This document shows, in pieces, positions 31,737 to 39,983 of a stretch of DNA of 64,000 nt. Every line of letters begins with the position of its first letter. Within the stretch, counting starts at the first letter, position 1. The position numbers and the translations under genes were made by a program. The notes below the pieces were generated by a model. The model saw nothing but the letters and a program-made list of their open reading frames with translations. It ran no database searches and had not been told where the DNA came from. The stretch covers positions 91,019 to 155,018 of the forward strand of contig JAWKQD010000003.1 of NCBI GenBank assembly GCA_041390285.1. Reading direction: 5' to 3'. The stretch comes from Thermodesulfobacteriota bacterium (GTDB lineage: Bacteria > Desulfobacterota_D > UBA1144 > Nemesobacterales > UBA2774).

Positions 31737-32600
31737 ATGTCCAAGAAAGTGGAAGACATTAAGAAAGTAGGGGTCGTCGGGGCAGGCACTATGGGCTCCG
31801 GGATCGCTCAGGTCATAGCATCGAGCGGAAGGGAAGTCACACTAATCGACGTATCCGACGCTGCGCTCGAAAGGGGGCTCAAAGGCATAGGGAGCAGCCT
31901 CGGTAGGCTCGTAAAAAAGGAGACGATCAGCGAGGAAGAGAGTAATACCATTCTTTCCCGCATATCCAAAACCACTGAATTTCCGGATTTAAAGGATGTT
32001 GATCTAATAGTGGAAGCCGTTTTCGAGGACATGGGCGTAAAGAAAGACATATACAAGAAGCTCGACGAAGCCGTCGCGCCGGAAGTCGTCCTCGCCACCA
32101 ACACCTCGTCCCTCCCGATAGTCGAGATAGCTGTCAGCACAAAAAGGGCCGACAAGGTCGTCGGGATGCACTTTTTCAACCCCGCGCCCGTCATGAAGCT
32201 CGTCGAAATCATAAAGGCCCTCACCACGTCCGAAGAGACGCTCCAGTTCGCATATGACTTCGCAGTTGCTCTCGGAAAGGACCCTGTAAAGACGATCGAC
32301 CACCCCGGATTCATAGTTAACAGGATCCTCGTCCCGATGCTTAACGAGGCGGTATTCGCCTACTCGGACGGCGTCGGCACCCCCGAGGACATCGACAAGG
32401 CAATGAAGCTCGGCACGAACCAGCCCATAGGGCCGCTCGCGCTCATCGACCTCATCGGCCTCGACGTCACCATAAACATAATGGACGTATTCTACGAAGA
32501 GTTTCAGGACCCGAAATACCGCGCCGCTCCCCTTCTCCGCCAGATGGTAAGGGCAGGCTGGCTCGGCAGGAAAACCGGAAAGGGATTCTTTCAATATTAA
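31737..32600 (+). CDS. hbd: 3-hydroxybutyryl-CoA / 3-hydroxyacyl-CoA dehydrogenase
   Basis: AGGAGG before the ATG. KVGVVGAGTMGSGIAQV Rossmann motif, TNTSSLPI, GMHFFNPAPVMKLVEII, HPGFIVNRIL. Confidence 0.9.
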   Translation: MSKKVEDIKKVGVVGAGTMGSGIAQVIASSGREVTLIDVSDAALERGLKGIGSSLGRLVKKETISEEESNTILSRISKTTEFPDLKDVDLIVEAVFEDMGVKKDIYKKLDEAVAPEVVLATNTSSLPIVEIAVSTKRADKVVGMHFFNPAPVMKLVEIIKALTTSEETLQFAYDFAVALGKDPVKTIDHPGFIVNRILVPMLNEAVFAYSDGVGTPEDIDKAMKLGTNQPIGPLALIDLIGLDVTINIMDVFYEEFQDPKYRAAPLLRQMVRAGWLGRKTGKGFFQY

Positions 32601-32661
32601 TGGCTCGGTTTGCGGGACAGGCTTAACGGCCTGTCCTTAACGCTCTGGAAACTCGGGGTCT

Positions 32662-32686
32662 GTCATTTCGATCGTAGCGAGAAATC
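32662..32686. repeat. GTCATT-type intergenic hairpin (third, more degenerate copy of the motif seen at 39645 and 39699)
   Basis: gtcatttcgatcgtagcgagaaatc, with arms ATTTC/GAAAT. It lies in the convergent hbd/gltX intergenic region next to an 8-bp stem hairpin, ggacaggc-ttaacg-gcctgtcc (32615..32637). Confidence 0.3.
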
Positions 32687-32725
32687 TCGTTTTCAGGTTT
32701 TTATTTTGGATGTGACTGCTTCGGA

Positions 32726-34123
32726 TTACTGCTTTTCGGAAATGTAATCTACGGCCCTTCCGAGCCTCTTTAAAACCTCTTCCTTCCCCAAAATCTCCAT
32801 CACCTCGAAGATGCCAGGGCTCACGGTCCCGCCCGTAAGGGCCACCCTCACGGGCTGCGCTATGGCCCCCATCTTTATTTCCCGCTCCTCCATTATCTTC
32901 TCGAAGTCGGCGTGGAGCCCGTCGCTCGTGAACTCGCCCGAGGCTATCCTCTCCGAAAGGTCCTTCAGCACTGCGCGCGTTTCCGGTGTAAGGAACTTCT
33001 CTGCGGCCTTCTCGTCGAAGGTGATCTCCTCCGCGTAGAAATATCCGATCGAATTCACAATATCCAGAAGGGTCTTCGCCCTCTGCCCGAGCTCCCTCAC
33101 TATCATCTCCAGCTTCGTGTCGAGTGCGGCGTCGATCCCCCTTTCCTTCAGCATCGGCAGGACGAGCGCCGCTATCTCACCGGCGGGCCTGTTCCTTATA
33201 TACCATCCGTTAAGCCAGTCGAGCTTCTCCATGTTAAAGACGGCGGCCGACTTCCCGACGTTGTCGAGCGTGAACTTTTCTACAAGCTCCTCCCTCGTGA
33301 ATATCTCCTGGTCCCCGAACGACCACCCGAGCCTCGTCAGGTAATTGACGAGCGCATCCGGAAGATATCCCTCGTCCTTGTATGCTATCACCGACGTATC
33401 CCCGTGCCTCTTGCTAAGCCTCTTCCCGTCGGGGCCCAGTATCATCGATACGTGCGCCATCTTCGGCATGTCGAGCGAAAGGGCCTTGTAGATGAGCGCC
33501 TGCCTCGGCGTGTTGGTGAGGTGGTCGTCGCCCCTTATCACGTGCGTGATATTCATTTCCGAATCGTCGGCGACGACGGCGAAATTATAGGTGGGAAACC
33601 CGTCCGTCTTCAGGATCACGAAGTCGTCTATGTCGGCTGCGTCGAAGCTGACGACTCCCCTGAGTAAATCGGTGACCTCTATCGTCCCCTCGTCCGGCGT
33701 CCTTAGCCTGACGGCATAGGGCTTTCCCGGCGCGGCGTTTTTATCCGCCCATTCGCGCCTGTACCTGAACACCTCGCCCTTTTCCTGCGCTTCCTTTCTC
33801 TTCGCTTCAAGCTCCTCGGCGCTGACGTAACACCTGTACGCGTCGCCCGATTCTATGAGCCTCTCGGCGAGCGACTTGTAAACGCCGAGCCTGTCCGACT
33901 GCCTGAAAGGCCCCTCGTCCCAGTCGAGCCCGAGCCACGTCATCCCCGCTATTATCTCGCCTATCGATTCCTCGGTCGATCGCTCGCGGTCCGTGTCCTC
34001 TATCCTGAGGACAAACGTCCCCCCGTAGTGCCTCGCGAAGAGCCAGTTGAATATGGCGGTCCTCGCGCCGCCTATGTGTAGTGAGCCTGTCGGGCTCGGT
34101 GCGAAACGGGTTCTGACTGTCAT
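32726..34123 (-). CDS. gltX: Glutamate--tRNA ligase
   Basis: Intact 465 aa. VRTRFAPSPTGSLHIGGARTAIFNWLFARHYGG (HIGH) and RLSKRHG (KMSKS-like). Confidence 0.95.
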   Translation of the reverse strand: MTVRTRFAPSPTGSLHIGGARTAIFNWLFARHYGGTFVLRIEDTDRERSTEESIGEIIAGMTWLGLDWDEGPFRQSDRLGVYKSLAERLIESGDAYRCYVSAEELEAKRKEAQEKGEVFRYRREWADKNAAPGKPYAVRLRTPDEGTIEVTDLLRGVVSFDAADIDDFVILKTDGFPTYNFAVVADDSEMNITHVIRGDDHLTNTPRQALIYKALSLDMPKMAHVSMILGPDGKRLSKRHGDTSVIAYKDEGYLPDALVNYLTRLGWSFGDQEIFTREELVEKFTLDNVGKSAAVFNMEKLDWLNGWYIRNRPAGEIAALVLPMLKERGIDAALDTKLEMIVRELGQRAKTLLDIVNSIGYFYAEEITFDEKAAEKFLTPETRAVLKDLSERIASGEFTSDGLHADFEKIMEEREIKMGAIAQPVRVALTGGTVSPGIFEVMEILGKEEVLKRLGRAVDYISEKQ

Positions 34124-34132
34124 GGGGGTTTA

Positions 34133-34161
34133 ATGTTAATTTAGAGTCCGGGGTCCGTCAA
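34133..34161 (-). promoter_or_regulatory. Sigma70-like promoter abutting the gltX start codon
   Basis: The minus strand reads TTGACG-17 nt-TAACAT-taaaccccc-ATG, with no Shine-Dalgarno. Confidence 0.35.
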
Positions 34162-34187
34162 ATACGGGCTCTTCGGTCCGGGGAGCT

Positions 34188-34526
34188 TTATAGCTCCGGT
34201 CCTTCTCCCTTTAAAAGTGCGTCGAGCTCTCCGCTTTTTTCAAGCTTCGAAAGCTCCCTGAAGCCGCCTATGAACCTCTCCCCGACGAGAATCATGGGCA
34301 CGGTTCTCCACCCGTATTTCTCTTTCAGGGCCGCCTTGCGCTCCGGGTCACCCGTAAGGTTTATCTCGGTGAACTCGAGTCCCATCCTGCCCAAAAGCGA
34401 CTTTGCGGCTGCACAGTAGCCGCACCAGTTTGTCGTGTAAACGGTTATACTAACCAATTCTTTTCCGCGCCCTTCGGTTGCCGACGCTCTTAAAGTGTAA
34501 TATGCTTGGTTTCCCGGGAGATTCAA
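34188..34526 (-). CDS. grxC: Glutaredoxin (Grx3-like)
   Basis: ITVYTTNWCGYCAAAKSLLGRMGLEFTEINL...WRTVPMILVGERFIGGFRELSKLEKSGELDALL. The ~25-aa N-terminal extension makes the start uncertain. Confidence 0.85.
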   Translation of the reverse strand: MNLPGNQAYYTLRASATEGRGKELVSITVYTTNWCGYCAAAKSLLGRMGLEFTEINLTGDPERKAALKEKYGWRTVPMILVGERFIGGFRELSKLEKSGELDALLKGEGPEL

Positions 34527-34610
34527 GTATTATTGAAATCCCGATTCGCCCCCATCTGTATAAGGGGCGGATTTGGCTGTATCTTTAATTCTCGTATGTC
34601 CTTTTGTCCT

Positions 34611-35153
34611 ATGAACAAGAACATTGTCGCGCTCACGTTCGCACTCCTGTTCCTTACGTCATGCTCGCTCACGAAGTTCGTGGGCTACTACAAGTCGGCC
34701 GGCCAGGAAGACAGCGGAAATCTAAGCGGTCTCGTCTACACCACTGACGACACCTCGTACAAAATAGGCTCGCTCCCGCCCGGCTGGTCCCGTGTCGAGA
34801 TAAAAGGCGGCGACCTCGCGTTCAGCGACCCGTCCGGAGACTCGACCATTACGGTCAACTCCACCTGCGACGAAAGGAAAATGCGCTACAGCCTGAAGGC
34901 CCTTTCCGAATCCCTTATAATAGGTATATCCGGTAAGGAGGCCGAGTCCCGCGAGCCCATAACCATAGACGGTCAGGAGGCGCTCCGGACTATCTACACC
35001 GGCTCGCTCGAAAACGTCCCGGTGAAAATAGACGCACGGGTTTTTAAGAAAGGCATTTGCATATATGATTTCACTTACGCGTCGTCGCCCGAAAGCTTCG
35101 GCGCGGGGGAGGCTGCGTACGACAGCTTCGTCTCCCAGTTCAGGGTCCTTTAA
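34611..35153 (+). CDS. Hypothetical lipoprotein, translationally adjacent to mlaE
   Basis: Internal start MNKNIVALTFALLFLTSCSL (lipobox LTSC). The stop lies 2 nt before the mlaE ATG. Confidence 0.55.
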   Translation: MNKNIVALTFALLFLTSCSLTKFVGYYKSAGQEDSGNLSGLVYTTDDTSYKIGSLPPGWSRVEIKGGDLAFSDPSGDSTITVNSTCDERKMRYSLKALSESLIIGISGKEAESREPITIDGQEALRTIYTGSLENVPVKIDARVFKKGICIYDFTYASSPESFGAGEAAYDSFVSQFRVL

Positions 35154-35155
35154 CT

Positions 35156-35935
35156 ATGGTTGCGAGCTACATAACCAGGTTCGGAGATTACTTCATATCC
35201 CTCATCGAGCAGATGGGCGAGATAGCCATTTTCTTTTACAGCGCCGTGGCCGCGTCCGTAACGCGCCCCTTTAACTTTCGTCTTCTGATGGAGCAGATAG
35301 ACGAAATCGGCTTTAAATCCATTCCTATAGTAATAGCCTCGGCGATGGCCATAGGCATGGTCATGGTTGTCCAGCTCGCCTGGGGCTTCGCGTGGTTCGG
35401 GGCGAAGGGCATCGTCGGCCCTGTGGTCTCCCTCTCCTTCGTAAGGGAGCTCGGCCCGGTGGTTGCGTCCCTTCTCGTCGGGGGCAGGGTAGGCGCCGGT
35501 ATAACGGCTGAAATAGGGTCGATGAAGGTGACCGAGCAGATAGACGCCATAAGAACCCTCGGCGCCGACCCGGTCCGGAAGCTCGTTGTCCCGCGTCTCA
35601 TAGCCTCCATTATAGCATTCCCGTTCCTCACGATCATAGCAGACTTCACGGGTATCTTCGGCGCGCTCCTTATGTCCATGATCGACCTCGACGTTCAGCC
35701 GAGGCTCTTCATTTCGAGCATCCTGGAATGGGTGACGATAAACGACTTCGTGAGCGGGATCTCGAAGACCTTCTTCTTCGGGATTATCGTCGCGATAACC
35801 GGCTGCTACATCGGCATGCGCGCCGAGGGCGGCACCCAGGGCGTCGGCAGGGCGACGACCCAAACCGTGGTCGTATCGCTCCTTCTCATCATCATCGGCG
35901 ACTTCTTCCTTACGAAGCTCTTCCTTCTTCTCTAA
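35156..35935 (+). CDS. mlaE: MlaE-family ABC transporter permease (lipid asymmetry maintenance / MCE-type transporter)
   Basis: Intact 259 aa. FVRELGPVVASLLVGGRVGAGITAEIGSMKVTEQIDAIRTLGADPVRKLVVPRLIA. Confidence 0.85.
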   Translation: MVASYITRFGDYFISLIEQMGEIAIFFYSAVAASVTRPFNFRLLMEQIDEIGFKSIPIVIASAMAIGMVMVVQLAWGFAWFGAKGIVGPVVSLSFVRELGPVVASLLVGGRVGAGITAEIGSMKVTEQIDAIRTLGADPVRKLVVPRLIASIIAFPFLTIIADFTGIFGALLMSMIDLDVQPRLFISSILEWVTINDFVSGISKTFFFGIIVAITGCYIGMRAEGGTQGVGRATTQTVVVSLLLIIIGDFFLTKLFLLL

Positions 35936-35989
35936 CGGTTTACAGACTTCTGGTTTGAAAGTTCCTGCCGGTCGGCAGGTGCTTACGTT

Positions 35990-36484
35990 CTATTTTCCGG
36001 AGCCGAGCTTTATCCTTAGCGCCTCTTCGTATTCGAGATACTTCCTGTAAGCCTTATCGGCGTCGCTCATCCTTCCTTCGCTTTTCGCCGCGGCGTACTC
36101 ATTCTTCCAGTACTCCCTGTTCCGCCTGAGCGAATCCGCCGTGCTTCCGCCTGCGAGCCTGTAAGCGCTGTCGTTCCCGGCCCCGCTATCCATGGTTCCG
36201 TATGTCTGCCCCCATATGGCGCTCTTGTGCGGGCCTTCGGGAATCGACTCCTCGGGCCGTGTGGGCTTTAAGCTCGCATACTCCCGCCTTTCGGTCTCTG
36301 TCTCCGCGGGGGTTTGGTAAAAGGTTTCGTCCGGCATGTCGGTTTTCGAATCCGACGTGTACGTTACGGGTACTGTATCGAAGATCGAGGAGAGTATTCC
36401 GTTATCGACGAGGTAAATGGCCCCGGCCGCCGATCCGAATATGGTAAGAAGGGTTATGCTTATTATCTTTCCTATAGTCTCCAT
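35990..36484 (-). CDS. Hypothetical membrane-anchored protein
   Basis: 164 aa. N-terminal TM segment KIISITLLTIFGSAAGAIYLV. The rest is hydrophilic. No family recognised. Confidence 0.45.
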   Translation of the reverse strand: METIGKIISITLLTIFGSAAGAIYLVDNGILSSIFDTVPVTYTSDSKTDMPDETFYQTPAETETERREYASLKPTRPEESIPEGPHKSAIWGQTYGTMDSGAGNDSAYRLAGGSTADSLRRNREYWKNEYAAAKSEGRMSDADKAYRKYLEYEEALRIKLGSGK

Positions 36485-36815
36485 TGCCTACCTCTCAAGT
36501 GTTTTCCAAACCCCATGAAAGGTTTATCCGTCCCCTAGCCATTCCTTCCTTATTCGGCCCGTACGAGCCACTCAAAGATATTCTACCCTATTTTAGACAT
36601 TTAGAGACATAAATTGACTCGTCTTCGTGCGCCTGGGACAATTAATTTAATAAACAACCAACCTGTGACAAATACTAGTCAGTATTACGAAGATTGTCAA
36701 CAAAGCAAATAATTGCCCGCTGTATGCCTAAAATTGCTAACTTTATCGAATTTGTGCGTTTCTTCACCCCCGGCCGGTGTGAAGTTATACTACCTTCGGG
36801 GGTAAACAACCGTCC

Positions 36816-38372
36816 ATGAACAAGAACCTTGCCGAGGGAATACTCTTTACAGACCAGTACCAGCTCACGATGGCCCAGCTTTACTACAGGTTCGGCCTCC
36901 AGGATATGCACGCACAGTTCGATCATTTCTTCAGAAGCTACCCAGACTACGGGACGCATAAATCAGGCTACTGCGTGAACGCCGGGCTCGAATGGCTCCT
37001 CGACTGGATGAAGGAGTCCCGCTTCGGCGAAAACGAGATCGCATACCTCAGGTCCCGGAAGGGAAGCTCCGGCGCTCCTATGTTCAGCGGCGACTTCCTC
37101 ACTTGGCTCCAGAAGAACGGCAGCTTCGAGGGCATAACGCTCCAGTCGGTTCCGGAGGGCAGGGTGGTCCACCCGAACATCCCGATAACGGTAATCCAGG
37201 GCCCCCTTCCGATGGCGCAGATACTCGAATCGCCCCTTCTCAACAAGCTCAACTACCAGATACTCATCGCGACAAAAGCCGCGAGGATAAAAGAAGCCGC
37301 GCGCGGCCGCCCCATACTCGAGTTCGGCATGCGGCGCGGGCACGACAAGGGCGTAAACGCCGGCGTCCGGGCCGCGCTCATAGGCGGGGCGGATTTCTCC
37401 TCCGGCGTCGGCATATCCGCCGTCCTCGGCTTTCCGCCGAGGGGCACACACGCGCACAGCATGGTGCAGGTTTTCATGGCCCTCGGCGAGGGCGAGCTCG
37501 GGGCGTTCAGGGCCTACGCCGAGGTCTACCCCGACGACTGCCTCCTACTCGTCGATACGATAAACACCCTCGAAAGCGGCGTCCCTAACGCGATAAAGGT
37601 TTTCGAGGAGCTAAGGCGCAAGGGCCACAAGCCCGTCGGCATAAGGCTCGATTCGGGCGACCTCGCCTTCCTCTCGATCCAGGCCGCGCGAATGCTTAAC
37701 GAGGCCGGCTTTCCGGATACGAGCATCGTCCTGTCGAACGAGCTCGACGAGCTCGTCATATGGCAGATAATAACGCAGATCGAAGAAGAGGCCCCGCGTT
37801 ACGGCGTCGATCCCGACAGCCTCATAAAAAGGCTCGTCTACGGCGTCGGCACGAGGCTCATAACATCCAGGGGCGACTCTGCCCTCGACGGCGTATACAA
37901 GCTCGTCTCGGTGAAGGAAGACGGCAAATGGGTGCCCGCGATAAAGATTTCCGAAACCCCGAAGAAAACCCTGAACCCGGGGAACAAGCTGGCCTGGCGC
38001 ATTTATGACAAAAGAGGCAAGGCGACAGCCGACCTCCTCACGGTGGACGGGGAAGACGTCCGCGGCAAGGATGTTTTGAGGCTCCGCCATCCGTCAGACA
38101 TCTCCAAGCTCAGGATTATGAAGGGGGAGGATATAAGCGCGATAGAGCCGCTTCTCGTCACCGTGCTCGACGAAGGCAAGCTCGTCTGCGACCTCCCTTC
38201 TATAGAAGATATGCGCGCGCTCAGGATCTCCGACATCGAGCGGCTCGACCCCGGCGTAAGACGTATAATGAACCCCCACTTCTACCACGTCTCACTCTCG
38301 GAAAAGCTCTGGAGCTTAAAGCACGATCTCATCCATTCGGTAGAAAGCGGCGAGGGTAAAACCATCCCCTAG
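36816..38372 (+). CDS. pncB: Nicotinate phosphoribosyltransferase
   Basis: Intact 518 aa. [44 protein letters not shown]. Confidence 0.9.
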   Translation: MNKNLAEGILFTDQYQLTMAQLYYRFGLQDMHAQFDHFFRSYPDYGTHKSGYCVNAGLEWLLDWMKESRFGENEIAYLRSRKGSSGAPMFSGDFLTWLQKNGSFEGITLQSVPEGRVVHPNIPITVIQGPLPMAQILESPLLNKLNYQILIATKAARIKEAARGRPILEFGMRRGHDKGVNAGVRAALIGGADFSSGVGISAVLGFPPRGTHAHSMVQVFMALGEGELGAFRAYAEVYPDDCLLLVDTINTLESGVPNAIKVFEELRRKGHKPVGIRLDSGDLAFLSIQAARMLNEAGFPDTSIVLSNELDELVIWQIITQIEEEAPRYGVDPDSLIKRLVYGVGTRLITSRGDSALDGVYKLVSVKEDGKWVPAIKISETPKKTLNPGNKLAWRIYDKRGKATADLLTVDGEDVRGKDVLRLRHPSDISKLRIMKGEDISAIEPLLVTVLDEGKLVCDLPSIEDMRALRISDIERLDPGVRRIMNPHFYHVSLSEKLWSLKHDLIHSVESGEGKTIP

Positions 38373-38469
38373 GCGCCTGCCCAAATCCGGACAGCGCCTG
38401 CAGCCGTGCGACTTTTTCATAGGAACAATAATAAGTAGGCGGGGCTTGCGAGTAAGCGCAGCCGCGGAT

Positions 38470-39477
38470 CTATTTCGCGGCTCTTCTCTCGGCGGACCGT
38501 CCGTCCCCGTTCTTTTTTGCCGGTGCTGCCGCGGGTTTCTTCTCCCGCTTTTTGCCGCGGGCCGCATCGTATCCCTTTATTTCGAGCTTCAGAATATCCG
38601 GCCGCGAGAAATGCCCGACCCCGTCTATGACGGCCTTCGCCCTTATGATAAGGCTCGGGTCTATCTCCGCATAAACGATGTCTTCCTTCCCGTATACAGG
38701 CCCGGCGAGGTAATCCCCCCTCGGGCTTATGATCCCTGTCCCGCCGGGATAGTCCCAGAGCGTATGCTTCTTAAGCGGGAAGCTGTCCGGGACCATGTCT
38801 TCCGTTATGTAAGCCGCCGAGGCGATGACGAATACCTGCCCCTCGAACGCGTACTCGCGGCTCGCGAAATCCATCGTCGGCTTCACGAACCCGTGCCCGG
38901 CCCAGAGCCCCGCGTGTATCTGCTCGCCCTTTAAGAACATCGCGGCCTTGGCCAGCGTCATGTGATGCTCGTAGCAGAAAAATCCCCCGAGCTTTCCGAT
39001 CTCCGTGTCGAACACCCCTATGTCCTCTGCCCCGCCCATGCCCCATATGCACTTCTCGCTGTCTATCGACATCAGCTTCCTGTGCCTGCCGAGTATCGTG
39101 CCGTTCTTGTCTATATATAATATTGTATTGTAAAGGGTGCCCCCCTCCTTCTCGTTCACCCCTATAACGACGTACGCGCCGGCTTTTTTCGCCGCCTTGC
39201 AAAGCTTCTCCGTGTCGGCGTCGGGTATCTCGACGGAATTCTTGTGGAGCTCTATGTACGCATCCAGGATATGCTTCCGTCCCTCGACCGATCCTATGTC
39301 CTTCGGCCAGTAGGGGTAGGTCGGAATAATGGCTTCCGGGAACACTATCAGGCTCGCCCCCTTCTCGCCCGCCTCTTCTATGAGGCTGATTACTTTCCCG
39401 ATTGTCTCGGCCTTGTTGAGGAATACCGGGGCCATCTGAACGGCCGCCGCCGTGAATTTTTCATTTTCGTTATTCAT
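38470..39477 (-). CDS. Nitrilase (carbon-nitrogen hydrolase superfamily, branch 1-like) with a Lys/Ala/Arg-rich C-terminal tail
   Basis: GGGAGG before MNNENEKFTAAAVQMAPVFLN. IVFPEAIIPTYPYW (catalytic Glu), HRKLM (Lys), GGFFCYEH (Cys). Tail: ...GKKREKKPAAAPAKKNGDGRSAERRAAK. Confidence 0.85.
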   Translation of the reverse strand: MNNENEKFTAAAVQMAPVFLNKAETIGKVISLIEEAGEKGASLIVFPEAIIPTYPYWPKDIGSVEGRKHILDAYIELHKNSVEIPDADTEKLCKAAKKAGAYVVIGVNEKEGGTLYNTILYIDKNGTILGRHRKLMSIDSEKCIWGMGGAEDIGVFDTEIGKLGGFFCYEHHMTLAKAAMFLKGEQIHAGLWAGHGFVKPTMDFASREYAFEGQVFVIASAAYITEDMVPDSFPLKKHTLWDYPGGTGIISPRGDYLAGPVYGKEDIVYAEIDPSLIIRAKAVIDGVGHFSRPDILKLEIKGYDAARGKKREKKPAAAPAKKNGDGRSAERRAAK

Positions 39478-39535
39478 AGTAGTGCCTCCCGACTGTCCCG
39501 ATGCGCGGGAACTCTTTTTATCGCCTGCAAGGTCC

Positions 39536-39565
39536 ATTATCGCACGATTGCAAACGAAGTGTCAA
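39536..39565 (-). promoter_or_regulatory. Candidate promoter of the 38470..39477 nitrilase
   Basis: The minus strand reads TTGACA-18 nt-GATAAT, about 50 nt upstream of the SD/ATG. Confidence 0.35.
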
Positions 39566-39576
39566 TCAAATAATAT
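39548..39576 (+). promoter_or_regulatory. Orphan plus-strand sigma70-like promoter, back to back with the nitrilase promoter
   Basis: TTGCAA-17 nt-TAATAT, followed 10 nt later by an ATG (39587). No annotated plus-strand gene follows. Confidence 0.35.
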
Positions 39577-39603
39577 TAAACACTTCATGCTCCTCACTCT
39601 CTT

Positions 39604-39624
39604 CCTTCCCTTCGGAAGGGAAGG
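39604..39624. repeat. Perfect inverted repeat / hairpin
   Basis: ccttcccttc-g-gaagggaagg, with 10-nt arms that are exact reverse complements. Confidence 0.6.
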
Positions 39625-39644
39625 TCAGATGGGTTACCTTAGTT

Positions 39645-39726
39645 GTCATTCACGACGATTCCGAGCAAGCGAGGAATCACCCATCTCTCTTATAATCTGT
39701 CATTCCGAATGCATTTATCGGGAATC
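39645..39726. repeat. Two tandem GTCATT-type hairpin elements (REP-like)
   Basis: gtcattcacgacgATTCCgagcaagcgaGGAATc (39645..39678) and gtcATTCCGAatgcatttaTCGGGAATc (39699..39726). Both begin TGTCATTC and end GGAATC. Confidence 0.45.
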
Positions 39727-39742
39727 CATTCTTGATTCTTGT

Positions 39743-39780
39743 TAATCCCCCCTAAAAGGGGTATGGGGGATTAGTTTTCG
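39743..39780 (+). terminator. Candidate intrinsic terminator on the plus strand with no annotated gene upstream
   Basis: TAATCCCCC-13 nt loop-GGGGGATTA (9-bp perfect stem) followed by GTTTTCG. The loop contains a competing CCCC/GGGG pairing. Confidence 0.4.
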
Positions 39781-39983
39781 CTCACCCGGCCTTCCGGCAG
39801 CCTTGGCGATAGCGAGTCTGGAAAAGACCTGTCGCGAGCTTCTGCGGCCGACAATCGAGCAGGTGAGTGACCCCGGCTTAATCCTCGAGTTATCCAGTAC
39901 GCGATTGACCGGAATCAAAATAAAACGGGGGATTTAATCCTTGTCTTTGTATCTATCTCAATAGCAGGAATGGAAAGCAAAAA

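Noticed and set aside
39452-39745. 97-aa plus-strand ORF as a protein gene.
   Set aside because: Its 5' part is antisense to the nitrilase start, and its sequence is dictated by the hairpin repeats (the repeated CHS from GTCATTC). Only the promoter-proximal 52-codon portion is kept as a low-probability alternative in the sRNA finding.
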